Shown here in pieces: positions 37,376-47,446 of a stretch of DNA of 64,000 nucleotides. Source of the DNA: Carpediemonas membranifera BICM. Taxonomy: Eukaryota; Protista; Fornicata. The DNA is taken from NCBI GenBank assembly GCA_019828565.1, contig JAHDYR010000005.1:719342-783341 (forward strand), given 5' to 3'. A model generated the notes under the pieces. It had not been told where the DNA came from. It saw nothing but the letters and a program-made list of their open reading frames with translations, and did not search any database. The position numbers and the translations under genes are program-made. The stretch's first letter is position 1, and each line of letters opens with the position of its first letter.

Positions 37376-37428
37376 TGTGGCGTAAACGACGGGTATTCGA
37401 GAATTCGTTTTAATCAGGTGATGCGTCA
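37376..37428 (-). repeat. Gypsy-2 5' LTR (53 bp)
   Basis: Identical to 25846-25898. Confidence 0.92.
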
Positions 37429-37491
37429 CCCTATTCAAATGTCAAGGACTGCGAGGCTCTGGACACATTCTTGAAACGTGTTGGCAGGTAA
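37429..37491 (+). mobile_element. Gypsy-1 segment 3: chromodomain end and stop
   Basis: PYSNVKDCEALDTFLKRVGR* continues ..DSWE across the Gypsy-2 TSD. Confidence 0.85.
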
Positions 37492-37914
37492 ATGCCACAC
37501 CAATTGTCCTTTATTACCATATGCTCTTCTCTCTCTCGCTGGATGCAGTTCCCACAGATGCATAAGCCCCAGTCCAAACCACTGGTTGCCGTCTTAACCG
37601 TGATGATCCGCACGAACAGGTCCTGCACATTTTGAGTCTCATTTCGTATGCCAGCAACCCAACCACACAAAAGATATTCTCCAGGGACATCTGACACTCA
37701 GCCTCATCCAACTGAGGAGGGCATGATAGAACTCTTGATCGCCATGTAATACAAGCATTTGCATCAAACAGACACTTGTGGAAACAGATAGACTTACACT
37801 CCACTGCAATATTCTTCACCTGGCCGTGTTTTCTGGTGCTTCCTCGTCTTGTATGACTGGAAATGATCCGGTTGATGCTGATCTTCTGGATAATAAAACC
37901 CAGAAGCCAAGCGC

Positions 37915-38444
37915 GCATGGCCCTGTACGGCTCCTATAACTGTGTATGGGTTCCTGCTTTCTCAATTTTCGCTGGTTCGTCCGTAAACTGCGAAGCGGCA
38001 AAATGGCGCGGCGGCGAAAAATGCACGTCGATTTTCTCCCTGTACAGTCCCTGGATTTTGGCAATGACTTTGCCCCTGACAATGCTCTTACTAGACCTAT
38101 CTTATGTCCCTGTTTCCCTGCTTGTGCTCTTCCCCTTCCCCTCGAACTGATAAAAAACCATTATGATCATGCTCTCTTGCGGTCTCTCTGTGTCCCTCTC
38201 CACTTTCCCTGTAAATCTGAGCTCTCTGTTGTATGTTATCTGATCCCTGAGGCTACGGAGCTCCCACTCGTAGCCGGCGGCGTACCCTGAATGTAACCCT
38301 CTGGCTCGTTGGACAGGGGCCATAATCGCTCCTTTTGAGCTCAATGGGGCGCTGTTCTAACACTTTTAGTACAGGCCTGCTGGTCTTCATCCATCCCTGC
38401 TATAAGTGCGGACACTTAGCTGAAAACAGTGATGGACTCCAGAA
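37915..38444 (-). mobile_element. Element D: 5' leader/UTR remnant of the B/C LINE family
   Basis: Blocks homologous to B 13990-14140 and 14329-14520; no recognisable ORF1 follows. Confidence 0.8.
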
Positions 38445-38556
38445 GATATACTGATGTTAGTGTGACAGGAGGCCCACATCACTGACAGGTGAGGCGATAG
38501 AGAAGTCAACCTAGGCATTTTATAATATTGATGATCGTTCGCGACCGAGTGTACAA

Positions 38557-39947
38557 TCATGTCACCGCAGGCTTAACATCAACCCCAACAAGCCGATGCA
38601 CCCCCCACATGTCGTTGGGCTCGGCACACGGCTCAAGAATGGACTCCCCACCCATCACAGTCGCGACGACTACCTTACCATATGCCCGAGGGGTGACGGA
38701 ACGCCCGCTTCCCAACGACGTCGACCTCAAAGGGAACAGAGAAGCTGTCATCGGCGTCCACGAAGAAGGTCCACCTGTCGCTCACCCAGCAGAGCCCGGC
38801 GAATATTGTGCAGTAGAAGGCGCTAACCTGCCCACTGAACTGCAGAGTGGCCGAGACACACAGAGGCTCCTCCTCGTAGCCCGGCAGCAGGCCCGACTGG
38901 GCTAGTGGCCGAGTGACAACACCCGCGTATTTGATCACTGCGGCCGAGAAATATGCTGAAGCTGTAGTCGCTCGGACTGCAGGCCCGAGTCGACCCAGAA
39001 CGGCAGGGCGACAAAGCCCGTCAGGCCTTGATGGCCTAGCCCGAGCTGGCCGACGTCATTCGACCCGCAGATGAGTAGAATGTCGCCTATGGAAAGGACG
39101 GCCGCGAATTCCTCATTGATGATGTGATCTGGTACAAAGCCTGTGGGCAGGCGGACCGGGTTGAAGAGGTGCCGACCGAAGGCCTCTCCGACAAACAAGG
39201 CGGCGTCATTCCCTGCCACTACGAGACTGGTCGTGCTGAATACGAAAGATCAAGAGATATTGATGGATACACTCGGCACGAGTCCATGCTTCCTCCAGGC
39301 GGGGACCCTGACCTGCCGCTCGGACACCGCCGGGTAGGCCATGAAGCTCAGCGGGGTCGGCGACTTGGACTGAAGCGAGGCCGAGCTTGTTGTTTGCGTT
39401 AGAATCGCAGCACCATATTCCCTTGGGCGGTGGCGTGGGTGAACCCGTAGCTGTGGCTCTCGATGACGCGGGGCATCCTGGCCATCTCGAAGTGCAGCTT
39501 GGAGGTAGCGAGGAGCAGCATCACACGGCCCATGTACATGGAGTGGTGGTGGTACGGTGCGAACTCCGTATGGTGGGAGACATCGCCGTCCTTCTCGGCA
39601 ACCTTCATGCAGAAGAAGAACTTGCGGCAAAGGAACCAGAGGGCCTTGTTCTCGGGCTTGAGTCTCGACCACAGCTTGTCATGAAGGATGTCCTCGAGGT
39701 CGGGGTTGGCCATGAGGATGGCCCAAAGCGTGCCCTGGAGCAGGGTGTGCAGGGCGACTGGGAGGTCCTCCCCTCCGTGAGCTCGACATTCATGGACAGA
39801 ATCGTACCGCTACTGAGGATCGAGCGGGCGTAGTCGAGGAGGATTTGCGCAGTGGGTATGAGGGGAGGAGAGCACGGCGAGCAGCTCCACACGAGCAGCG
39901 TTAATTTCCGTGGGTGCAAGCTGCTTTTGTTGCTGAATCAAGTGCAT
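38557..39947 (-). pseudogene. RCC1-like repeat protein, disrupted paralog of 40393-42018
   Basis: LWFLCRK and GSNDVGQLGLGH shared with the + paralog; spread over several frames; ends approximate. Confidence 0.65.
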
Positions 39948-40392
39948 TGTTTCCTCGAAATGACGGGAATAGGTGTGGCGAGGGAATACTCCCGGACAGA
40001 TCTGCAGTCGCGGTAACAGACGCGCAATACGCGGATACAAGGGCCGTTTTGACGTCCAGTGGCGACGTTTCAGCCATGCTCATGCTCTCAGAGTGCTGTA
40101 GCCGACGTGGATACGACCTCAAGAGCTGACATGTCGACTCACTCAGAGTAGGGCAGAGATAGTCACTCACAATCACCGACCATGGTCATTAATGGCCAGT
40201 GACACAGAGGAAGACGTGTTTCCGAGGGTCTGGACGCCCGGTCTCTCGGCGTCATGGTACAGTCTGCCCATGTTGGCCGCCGACACAATCCCGGTGACAG
40301 TGTCCCCTGGTTGGCCTCGGCTGATCCTCCATACACAGTGCCATCCCACCCTTTCTTCGTCGACTGCGGCCGGGCACTCCGATTACTGAGCC

Positions 40393-42018
40393 ATGTGCGG
40401 CCTGTTTTGCACGTCCAGTCCGAAGAAGATGGAGAAAGAGACCAACAAGCACAACCTTGTAGCCATTCGCTTGATGGCGATCAGTCTTACGGCCCAGATT
40501 CCTGGAGACGTTCCATCGTTGCTTTCTCGCGCATACGAACTCGAATATGGTGGAAGTATCCCAGCAAACGTACCACTTGACATGTCTAGAGCATCAATAG
40601 CCGATATTTTGATCATTCTGGAGCATATGCGTCTGCGGAAACCGCGAGCAATGAATCTCATCGACCGAGCCCGCGCCATTCTCACCGATGGGCCCCCAAT
40701 GAGCATGAATATCGAACTTTCTGAGGGCAAGAAGCTCCCAGTGGCCTTCCATACCTTGCTCCAGGGCACGATCTGGGCAGTTCTCATGCGAGCTGGGGCC
40801 GACCCGGACCTGGCGCCCAGGGCCGAGGCCAGTGGAAAGAACGGCAAGGGAGCGCCGCTAGAGTCGTCCTGCATGTGGTTCCTGTGCAGGAAGACCCGCT
40901 TCACCCACACGAGGGGCGAAGTTGACGGGCTGACCCGGGCCCGACCAGTCTCCGGTAGTCCCGACCAGGTCGTCCTGTTTCGTGGTTACCTGGGCCGACT
41001 GTTCACCAAGGGGTATACTGGGACCGGTCTACTCGGCCACCGTGCCCCCGAGAGGACGACAGCGGTGTTCCGACCGGTGAACCTGCCGCCCCTCCTCGAC
41101 CTGCACGTGTCGGATAACGCAGCTATCGCAGTGACATCTCTAGGGCTCTATGGCTGGGGTGACGCTGCAGCAGCTCTCGGGTTCGGCGGCAACAACCCCG
41201 CCCCAACCCGGCTGACCTTCCCGGCCTGCCCCGAGCTCCAGGCGTTCGAGGCGGGACTGGACGCGGGGTTTAAGTACCAGCTGGCCTCTAGGATCGCGAT
41301 GACTGCCTCGTCTGACCAATGCGCCATCCTCACGCCTGTCGGGCTGGCCGTAGCAGACGTCACAGCTCCTGCTGACGATGCCGGGTTCCGTATGGCCGTG
41401 CTGCCAGGGGAATACAAGCCAGACGACGTGGCAGTGGGCAGAGGCGTGCTGCTGGCTGCCTCTGGCTCCCGCAGCTTCATCACCGGGGACAACGGCTGTG
41501 GCCGTCTGGGGCTGGGCCACACCCGCCCCGTCGCCGGGTTTGAGCGGCTGCCCTTCACTGTCGACCGGTTGGTGGCCGCTGGGTCGACGTGGCTTCTCCT
41601 TCTCTCCGGGACTGAACTTTTGTTCGCTGGACAGGTCAACCGCCTGGTAAGCGAGCACCTCCCCGACATCCGCACCGGCGACGTTCTCTCCGAGGCCACA
41701 CCACTATCTCTACCCGGGGCCCTGGCCGCCGTGGGGGGAACAGCCGACGCCCTCGTCCTCGTCTGGGCCGACAGCACCAGCACTGTCACGACCATGGGGC
41801 AGACCTACGCCGTCCATGCAGAGGTCACTGCCGCGTATGTACTGAGATTACCGATCTGTACCGCCTTCCTGCGCACCCAGGATGGCTGGGTCGGCGTGGG
41901 TGGTAACCTCAACGCCGTCCTCAGCGGGGCAGGCAGGCTCACTGTTGATGAGGCCGTCCCCGTGCCCGCCAGCCGCGTCAGGGGATCCGCGGTGGATCTG
42001 GTAGCGGTGGGACGTTGA
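40393..42018 (+). CDS. RCC1/BLIP-II-like repeat protein
   Basis: 541-aa ORF; LYGWG, ITGDNGCGRLGLGH, KGYTGTGLLG repeats. Confidence 0.75.
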   Translation: MCGLFCTSSPKKMEKETNKHNLVAIRLMAISLTAQIPGDVPSLLSRAYELEYGGSIPANVPLDMSRASIADILIILEHMRLRKPRAMNLIDRARAILTDGPPMSMNIELSEGKKLPVAFHTLLQGTIWAVLMRAGADPDLAPRAEASGKNGKGAPLESSCMWFLCRKTRFTHTRGEVDGLTRARPVSGSPDQVVLFRGYLGRLFTKGYTGTGLLGHRAPERTTAVFRPVNLPPLLDLHVSDNAAIAVTSLGLYGWGDAAAALGFGGNNPAPTRLTFPACPELQAFEAGLDAGFKYQLASRIAMTASSDQCAILTPVGLAVADVTAPADDAGFRMAVLPGEYKPDDVAVGRGVLLAASGSRSFITGDNGCGRLGLGHTRPVAGFERLPFTVDRLVAAGSTWLLLLSGTELLFAGQVNRLVSEHLPDIRTGDVLSEATPLSLPGALAAVGGTADALVLVWADSTSTVTTMGQTYAVHAEVTAAYVLRLPICTAFLRTQDGWVGVGGNLNAVLSGAGRLTVDEAVPVPASRVRGSAVDLVAVGR

Positions 42019-42050
42019 TTCAGTCGTATCTTTAACAATCTAGTCTACAT

Positions 42051-45000
42051 CTAAAGATCCTCCATCACGCTTACCTCATAGCTGTCCGGATTAGCGAGCT
42101 CGGCGAAGTCTCTCACAAACCGTGCGCAGTCCCGCGCAACTCCGATCTTCGCTGCCTTGTCGGCGAACTCGTTCAAGTTCCCCGCGTGTGCGGAGATCGT
42201 CTCGAATCTCAGCGCATGGCCCGCCCCAGTCGCGGCCTCGATGACACCTCGGGCGGTGTTCAAGTCGCGATCGGGCACTTTGAGCGTCTTCCCGTCCGTC
42301 TCGTACTGGACGAAGTCGAGTACGTCGTCGCTGTCGATATAAACCACCGCCGTTCTCCGGGTCGGTAAGGCCCGCAGGATGCCACACAGCGCCACTATAG
42401 CACCCAGCTCGGCCCTGTCAATGTGCTGCTCGGCCGCCCCGGGCTCTGCGAGGAGGGGGAGACAGACCATGCCCATACGGGCAAGGACGGCGGGGTCGTC
42501 GTCGATCTGTGACTCTTTGGGGATACGCTTGGCCCTCTCGCGTGTGGTCAGGAAGACACCGAGACCGGCCCGGGCGTGCGTCGTGCCGATGCCTGTGCAA
42601 GCTCCGTCAGTGTACACAACAAGGTCGCCCTCGGGCACGCTGGCAGGGAACCGGGGCAGCAGGCTGGGCTTGACGAGGATGGGGGGCTCGTACGGTAGCA
42701 GCTCGTACAGACGGACGACGTTGGCGGCAAGCTCATCCTTCGAGATGGGAGCGTCGTCGATGGATGCATGGCAGTAGGGGCAGAGCTGGACCGAGAAGAA
42801 GCCCGAGAAGAAGATGAGGGGGACAGCGGGGACGGTCATGTCCCTATCATCGGCGTACTCCATGTCGGGCGGTGCTACCAGACGGCATTGGGTGCAGCGT
42901 CGCGACAACAGGGGGTAGCCGCTGCACAGCCTGGCCAGGAGGTCTTCGCTGGCGGTATCGAGCCCAACCGGCGCTGCTTTCAAGCGGGCGTCTGCTCGGC
43001 GTAGCAGCTCGTCGCGAGGCACATCCTTATCGGACTTAACAACCCTCATCCCGTCCTGGGCCTTAGCAGTCTTCTGGACGGCCATGACGGCGTCGTTGAA
43101 AGGGCCGCGTACGTCACAGAGGCTCAGCATCCGTGTGACGTCCTTCATGGGGACCGGCGTGAAGATTCGGGCCAGACGCTTCAAGTCCTCGTCGGGCACC
43201 CAGGGCGCGTCGGCCGGTCTGGTGGGGGCGACGACCAGCTGCCAGGAGACGCTGCTGTCGTGGTCCATGGCAATGAACCGCGCCATGTCGTAGCCACCGG
43301 TGGATATCCGGCAGACGGTCGCTGGGCTATGCCGGGCCGCGTGCCAGGCCGTCGGGTTGGACTTCGCAGTGACGGCGTCTGTGTTGATGCCAGCGGCGCG
43401 CTTCAGGGACCGGGTCTGGCGGGCGTCCTGGCTGACAGTGTCGACAGCCGACTGTGTCGCCAGGAAGAGCATGACAGCGTCGTCGAGGGGGCGGGTGCTG
43501 GTCTCGCAGCCGTGGTTCGCGACATGAATCATCGTCGCGCGCTCTGCCATCTCCTTCAGGTGCTTGACGACCGGATAGTCGAACGACCCCGGGTGGTCCA
43601 GCTCGATGGCGTACTTCCTGGCGATGTGCCGCGCCTCGGGGCCCGAAGACAGGCCGCACTCGCACAGACGGCTCCATATGTTGTAGATCATGCCGCAGCG
43701 GTTCTCCATGGGCATCGCCTGCTGCATGGCCAGGGCGTATGTGGCGGCCCCGAATGACGGAACGGGCGTGAAGTAGTCTGCCGCCGGGAATAGCACGTGT
43801 GCATCCGGGCCAGCCTTGGAGCGCACTGCGGCGACCACCGCGGAGTTTGTCATGATGAAGACCTTGTCGCCGTCGAAGTCGCCCCCGTTCATCCTGCATA
43901 TCGCGGGAGGGGTCGATCGGTGTTTCTGTCTCGCGTGGGCGGAGAAGATCGCGACGTTCTTCATGCCCGAATACTGTGGCCTGTCGACGGCGTCCATGAG
44001 CACCCAGTCACCAGGGTGGGTGCTGGGCGATCGGGTCACGAGGACCGGCCCGACGACGGGCTTGTCCTCCCGGTAGGGGTGGAAGTAGATCTCGTAAGGG
44101 GCTAGCACGTCCGTCTCGGTCACGGCGGTGCCGGCGTTGCCGCTGGGAGTGAGCTCGAGTTGCGGGCACACGACGGCGAACGCGGTGTGGAGCCCTGTGA
44201 AGGGGTACTGCGGCTTCTTCTTCCCCTTCTTCTGTGGCCCGTCCGCCGCCTGTTTCTTCGGGTCCTCTGCCAGCCGACACCGCGCGGCAAATCTGTCGTG
44301 GACGACCTTCGCGATGGTGTGGAAGTGGAAGGGGGGCACCTGGCTGTTCCTCATCGTCGTCATGGCGTTGAAGAACAGGTTATCGTTGTCCTCGGAGCTG
44401 CCCTTCCGTTTGAACGAGATCGCCTGGACAGGTCCCCGCTGCTCGATGTCCTCGTCTGATGGCACCTGGTGCACGCCGTAGCGGGCACGGGAGCCCTTGA
44501 CCACCTCCCTGGCCAGCACGCTGACGGGCACACCGGCCCCCATGAGGCTATGGGCGAGCATGAGCCCCATCCCGACGCTCTTGCGAGGGATATGGTAGAC
44601 CTTGGCGCCTCTAAACGGATCTGAGCGGGCGGCCTCGAGCACCTGGAACATGAGACCGAACCGGCCCCTCTCCTGGTCCGGGGGGAGGTCCCACTTGACC
44701 TGACTGCGGCGGCAGACCATGGTGTTGGGGGGCAGGTCGTTGTGTCGGACCCACATACCCTTCATGCCCTTGAAGCGGGCTTGGACGGCGATAATGGAGG
44801 GGTCGCCAAGCACCTTGCACAGGTCTGGAGAGAAGTAGCCGCAGCCGTCGGTGGCGTTGAATGTGTGGCGCTTGGTCACGGCCGGCCCTTCTGCGGTACG
44901 GCGCCCATCGAGGGTCGCACCGTCAACCTCAATGCCACACTCGAACTCAATGTCGTCAATAACGATGACGTTGAGATTTGTAGGCATCTGCACGATGACC

Positions 45001-45572
45001 CCCGTCGAGAAGAGCAGCTCGACGCGCTTGTTGGCCTTCTTCCCGTTGCTCCGAGCGATGGCCCGTGCGTCCAGGCCGAGACGGGACTTCATCCAGTCCA
45101 GAGGGTGTTCTCCCTGGATCTCACCAACGAATATCACCTTTCCATCGTGTCTGAGCGCCTTCACCGTGATCGTGTCGCCGGTATCAGGGCGAGATGACGA
45201 CTTGACGCACACAGGATAGAGAGTGTCGTTGGGGTACGCCTCCTTCACCGCCTGGATGATCCCGTCGAGCTTTGTCTTCTCATTGCGTTCCAGGAGGTAC
45301 TCTACAACCAAGGTCGAGGGCGAAACTTTCGCGAGCATGGAAAAGAGACGACGAGCTTCGAAACGGTTCTCGCTGATTCTCTCTTCGTATGTAGACATGG
45401 GGATCTCACGGATCTTCTCCCCAATCTTATCAATACGGCACTCAATGGCACGCTTACTCCTGCCTAGGGCGTCTGCGATCTCCTTGATGCTTCTATTGTC
45501 ATTCTTCATCGCCATGAGCTTTTCTTCTTCTTCCTTGGTCCAGCGACGCAAGTGGTTTTCGGCGGGTGCCAT
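42051..45572 (-). CDS. Eukaryotic RNA-dependent RNA polymerase with N-terminal Myb/HTH-like domain and C-terminal RNase HI domain
   Basis: TDGCG, QARFKGMKGM, VTRSPSTHPGD, GGDFDGD; CTQC..CPYC; YTDGAC, RAELGAI, YIDS, HAGNLNEFADKAAK. Confidence 0.92.
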   Translation of the reverse strand: MAPAENHLRRWTKEEEEKLMAMKNDNRSIKEIADALGRSKRAIECRIDKIGEKIREIPMSTYEERISENRFEARRLFSMLAKVSPSTLVVEYLLERNEKTKLDGIIQAVKEAYPNDTLYPVCVKSSSRPDTGDTITVKALRHDGKVIFVGEIQGEHPLDWMKSRLGLDARAIARSNGKKANKRVELLFSTGVIVQMPTNLNVIVIDDIEFECGIEVDGATLDGRRTAEGPAVTKRHTFNATDGCGYFSPDLCKVLGDPSIIAVQARFKGMKGMWVRHNDLPPNTMVCRRSQVKWDLPPDQERGRFGLMFQVLEAARSDPFRGAKVYHIPRKSVGMGLMLAHSLMGAGVPVSVLAREVVKGSRARYGVHQVPSDEDIEQRGPVQAISFKRKGSSEDNDNLFFNAMTTMRNSQVPPFHFHTIAKVVHDRFAARCRLAEDPKKQAADGPQKKGKKKPQYPFTGLHTAFAVVCPQLELTPSGNAGTAVTETDVLAPYEIYFHPYREDKPVVGPVLVTRSPSTHPGDWVLMDAVDRPQYSGMKNVAIFSAHARQKHRSTPPAICRMNGGDFDGDKVFIMTNSAVVAAVRSKAGPDAHVLFPAADYFTPVPSFGAATYALAMQQAMPMENRCGMIYNIWSRLCECGLSSGPEARHIARKYAIELDHPGSFDYPVVKHLKEMAERATMIHVANHGCETSTRPLDDAVMLFLATQSAVDTVSQDARQTRSLKRAAGINTDAVTAKSNPTAWHAARHSPATVCRISTGGYDMARFIAMDHDSSVSWQLVVAPTRPADAPWVPDEDLKRLARIFTPVPMKDVTRMLSLCDVRGPFNDAVMAVQKTAKAQDGMRVVKSDKDVPRDELLRRADARLKAAPVGLDTASEDLLARLCSGYPLLSRRCTQCRLVAPPDMEYADDRDMTVPAVPLIFFSGFFSVQLCPYCHASIDDAPISKDELAANVVRLYELLPYEPPILVKPSLLPRFPASVPEGDLVVYTDGACTGIGTTHARAGLGVFLTTRERAKRIPKESQIDDDPAVLARMGMVCLPLLAEPGAAEQHIDRAELGAIVALCGILRALPTRRTAVVYIDSDDVLDFVQYETDGKTLKVPDRDLNTARGVIEAATGAGHALRFETISAHAGNLNEFADKAAKIGVARDCARFVRDFAELANPDSYEVSVMEDL

Positions 45573-45883
45573 TGTTGAGCTTGCTTCTTCCCGTCACGCG
45601 TGGCGAGATCGTCCGTTAACCTGCTCCATCGGATATGTCGACCAAACAAGCCCAATGGAGCAAGATGCAGGGTATTCAGCCCCTGGACAAGTTTTCACTT
45701 CGTCCTGACAATCTTTGGAAGAGCCTATGGTGCAGGTTAGCCCGAGTCTGCCTTGCGGAGACTGAAAGGGGCAGCAGGCTCATTCATTGGCTTCAGATGC
45801 AATTCCCGCCGGCCGGCCACTGCTGGGACCATGCGGGACTGGGTCGGCTGCGGCAGTCAAAACCAGCGAACCAAGCAAAACTC

Positions 45884-47446
45884 ATGTTCAAGAAGCTACT
45901 TTCGACAATTGCAGGCACAACAAGCACATCAAAGCGAGATCTATCGTCAGAAGGACAGACAGAGGTCGTAGCATGCTCGTACGACCCAGTCCAGGAACTC
46001 CTCGCCATTGCCGTCCACTACAGCGACGAAAGCCGCTCCTCAGTACTCCTTATCAAGCCACCAACTACGAACGAGGCCGGAGAACATGTCCCTGTGGCCT
46101 CCCGCATCGATCTGCCCAGCCCAGTGTCATCAAGCACCCGCATCCACCTCGTTCCCAACGAGTCCGTCTTCCTCGTGACCTACCCTCGCGCCGCCAAGAC
46201 CCTGCTCCGTCTGGTCTCGTACGAGTCGGGCGAGGTGCTGCCGTCTGGGTCTGTCGGCTTCAAGGTCCGGGCGATGAATACTATTCCCGGCTTGCCCTAC
46301 GTCGTCATCTCGGGAAACGGGCTCGCCATCCTTAACGTGCACACAGGCGACGTCGTCCCATGCACTGGGGCGAGCCCGCTGTCCATGGCTGCCGCAGTGG
46401 CGGGCTGGTGGGATGCAGCGTACCCCAAGGAGGCCTACCTCCTCACGCAGACGGGCGCCGTGCACTCGTACAAGCTGCCGCAGGGCCCGCTCGAGGAGTT
46501 GGTCGAGCCATGGGCCGATGAGCCATGCGATGAGCTGCTGCCCGAGCTGCTGCTCACCGATATGACGCTCCACGCGGCGACGGCGAGGGACGGCACCATC
46601 CTTCACCTCACAGCGCCTAACAACGCAGTGGCGAAGTGGATAGAGAACCCGGTTGCTGGGCCCCGGCCAGTGGGGCTGGGACTAGCCTCGGACCTGGTCG
46701 AGGTCTGCCCCAGCGTGGAGCTCGCGGAGGAGAAGGAGCAGGAGGAGGAGCCCCAGACCGAGCCCAGCGTCGATGCTGAGGCCAAGGCCGAGTGTACCGT
46801 CGAGACTGATGTTGAGGCAGAGCCTAAGACCGAGGCAAATGTGGCGAATGATGAGCCCCACGCCGTCCCAGAACCCGAGGCCGAGACCTCTCCAGCTGAG
46901 GGTGACGCCGCTGAGACACCAGCGATGGAGCCTACTGAACCCGCGGAGACGGAGGACCGAGAGGCGCCCTTCGAGGCGATCCGGGCACTGTTCCTGCACG
47001 GCAGCTGGGTGCGGTGGGACTGCGATCGTCTGTTCGGCTGGGGCTACGAGGGTCTCGACCTCAGGGCGATCGGGCAGGGCGTGGCGGTCATGTTCGACTC
47101 GACGGTGACTCTGCCCGACGAGCCCAAGGGGAAGGGGTGGAAGCGGATGTTCACGAAGACAGTGTCGGGCCTCAAGAAGGACCTCGACTCCTGGTTCGAC
47201 GCGGAGGTTGAGGCCCGTCAGCCAGCCCCCGCCCCAGTCCAGGGGACGGCAAAACCGCCAGCCCCGTCGCAGGACCGCGTGGGGCAGAAGCTCGAGGGCG
47301 TGTCCGGTGTGCATACGGCGATGCAGCGGGCGCAGCAGGCGTTGGCAGAGAGGGGCGAGAAGCTCAACGAGATGAGCGACCGGAGCCAGCAGCTGGCCGA
47401 CCAGGCGAGCGGGTTTGCCGCGCTGTGCGCTGAGCTGAACAAGTAG
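45884..47446 (+). CDS. Tomosyn/Sro7-like protein (propeller-like N-terminus, C-terminal R-SNARE motif)
   Basis: SYDPVQELLAI near the N-terminus; LAERGEKLNEMSDRSQQL at the C-terminus with no TM anchor; MFKKLL taken as start (frame open from 45635). Confidence 0.75.
   Translation: MFKKLLSTIAGTTSTSKRDLSSEGQTEVVACSYDPVQELLAIAVHYSDESRSSVLLIKPPTTNEAGEHVPVASRIDLPSPVSSSTRIHLVPNESVFLVTYPRAAKTLLRLVSYESGEVLPSGSVGFKVRAMNTIPGLPYVVISGNGLAILNVHTGDVVPCTGASPLSMAAAVAGWWDAAYPKEAYLLTQTGAVHSYKLPQGPLEELVEPWADEPCDELLPELLLTDMTLHAATARDGTILHLTAPNNAVAKWIENPVAGPRPVGLGLASDLVEVCPSVELAEEKEQEEEPQTEPSVDAEAKAECTVETDVEAEPKTEANVANDEPHAVPEPEAETSPAEGDAAETPAMEPTEPAETEDREAPFEAIRALFLHGSWVRWDCDRLFGWGYEGLDLRAIGQGVAVMFDSTVTLPDEPKGKGWKRMFTKTVSGLKKDLDSWFDAEVEARQPAPAPVQGTAKPPAPSQDRVGQKLEGVSGVHTAMQRAQQALAERGEKLNEMSDRSQQLADQASGFAALCAELNK

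Larger units (their letters stand above)
25846..37428 (-). mobile_element. Gypsy-2 chromovirus (~4.93 kb without nested insert), 53-bp LTRs, 4-bp TSD CCCT
   Basis: Identical TG..CA direct repeats; ccct at 25842-25845 and 37429-37432; PPT agggagggcag; single gag-pol with chromodomain. Confidence 0.94.
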
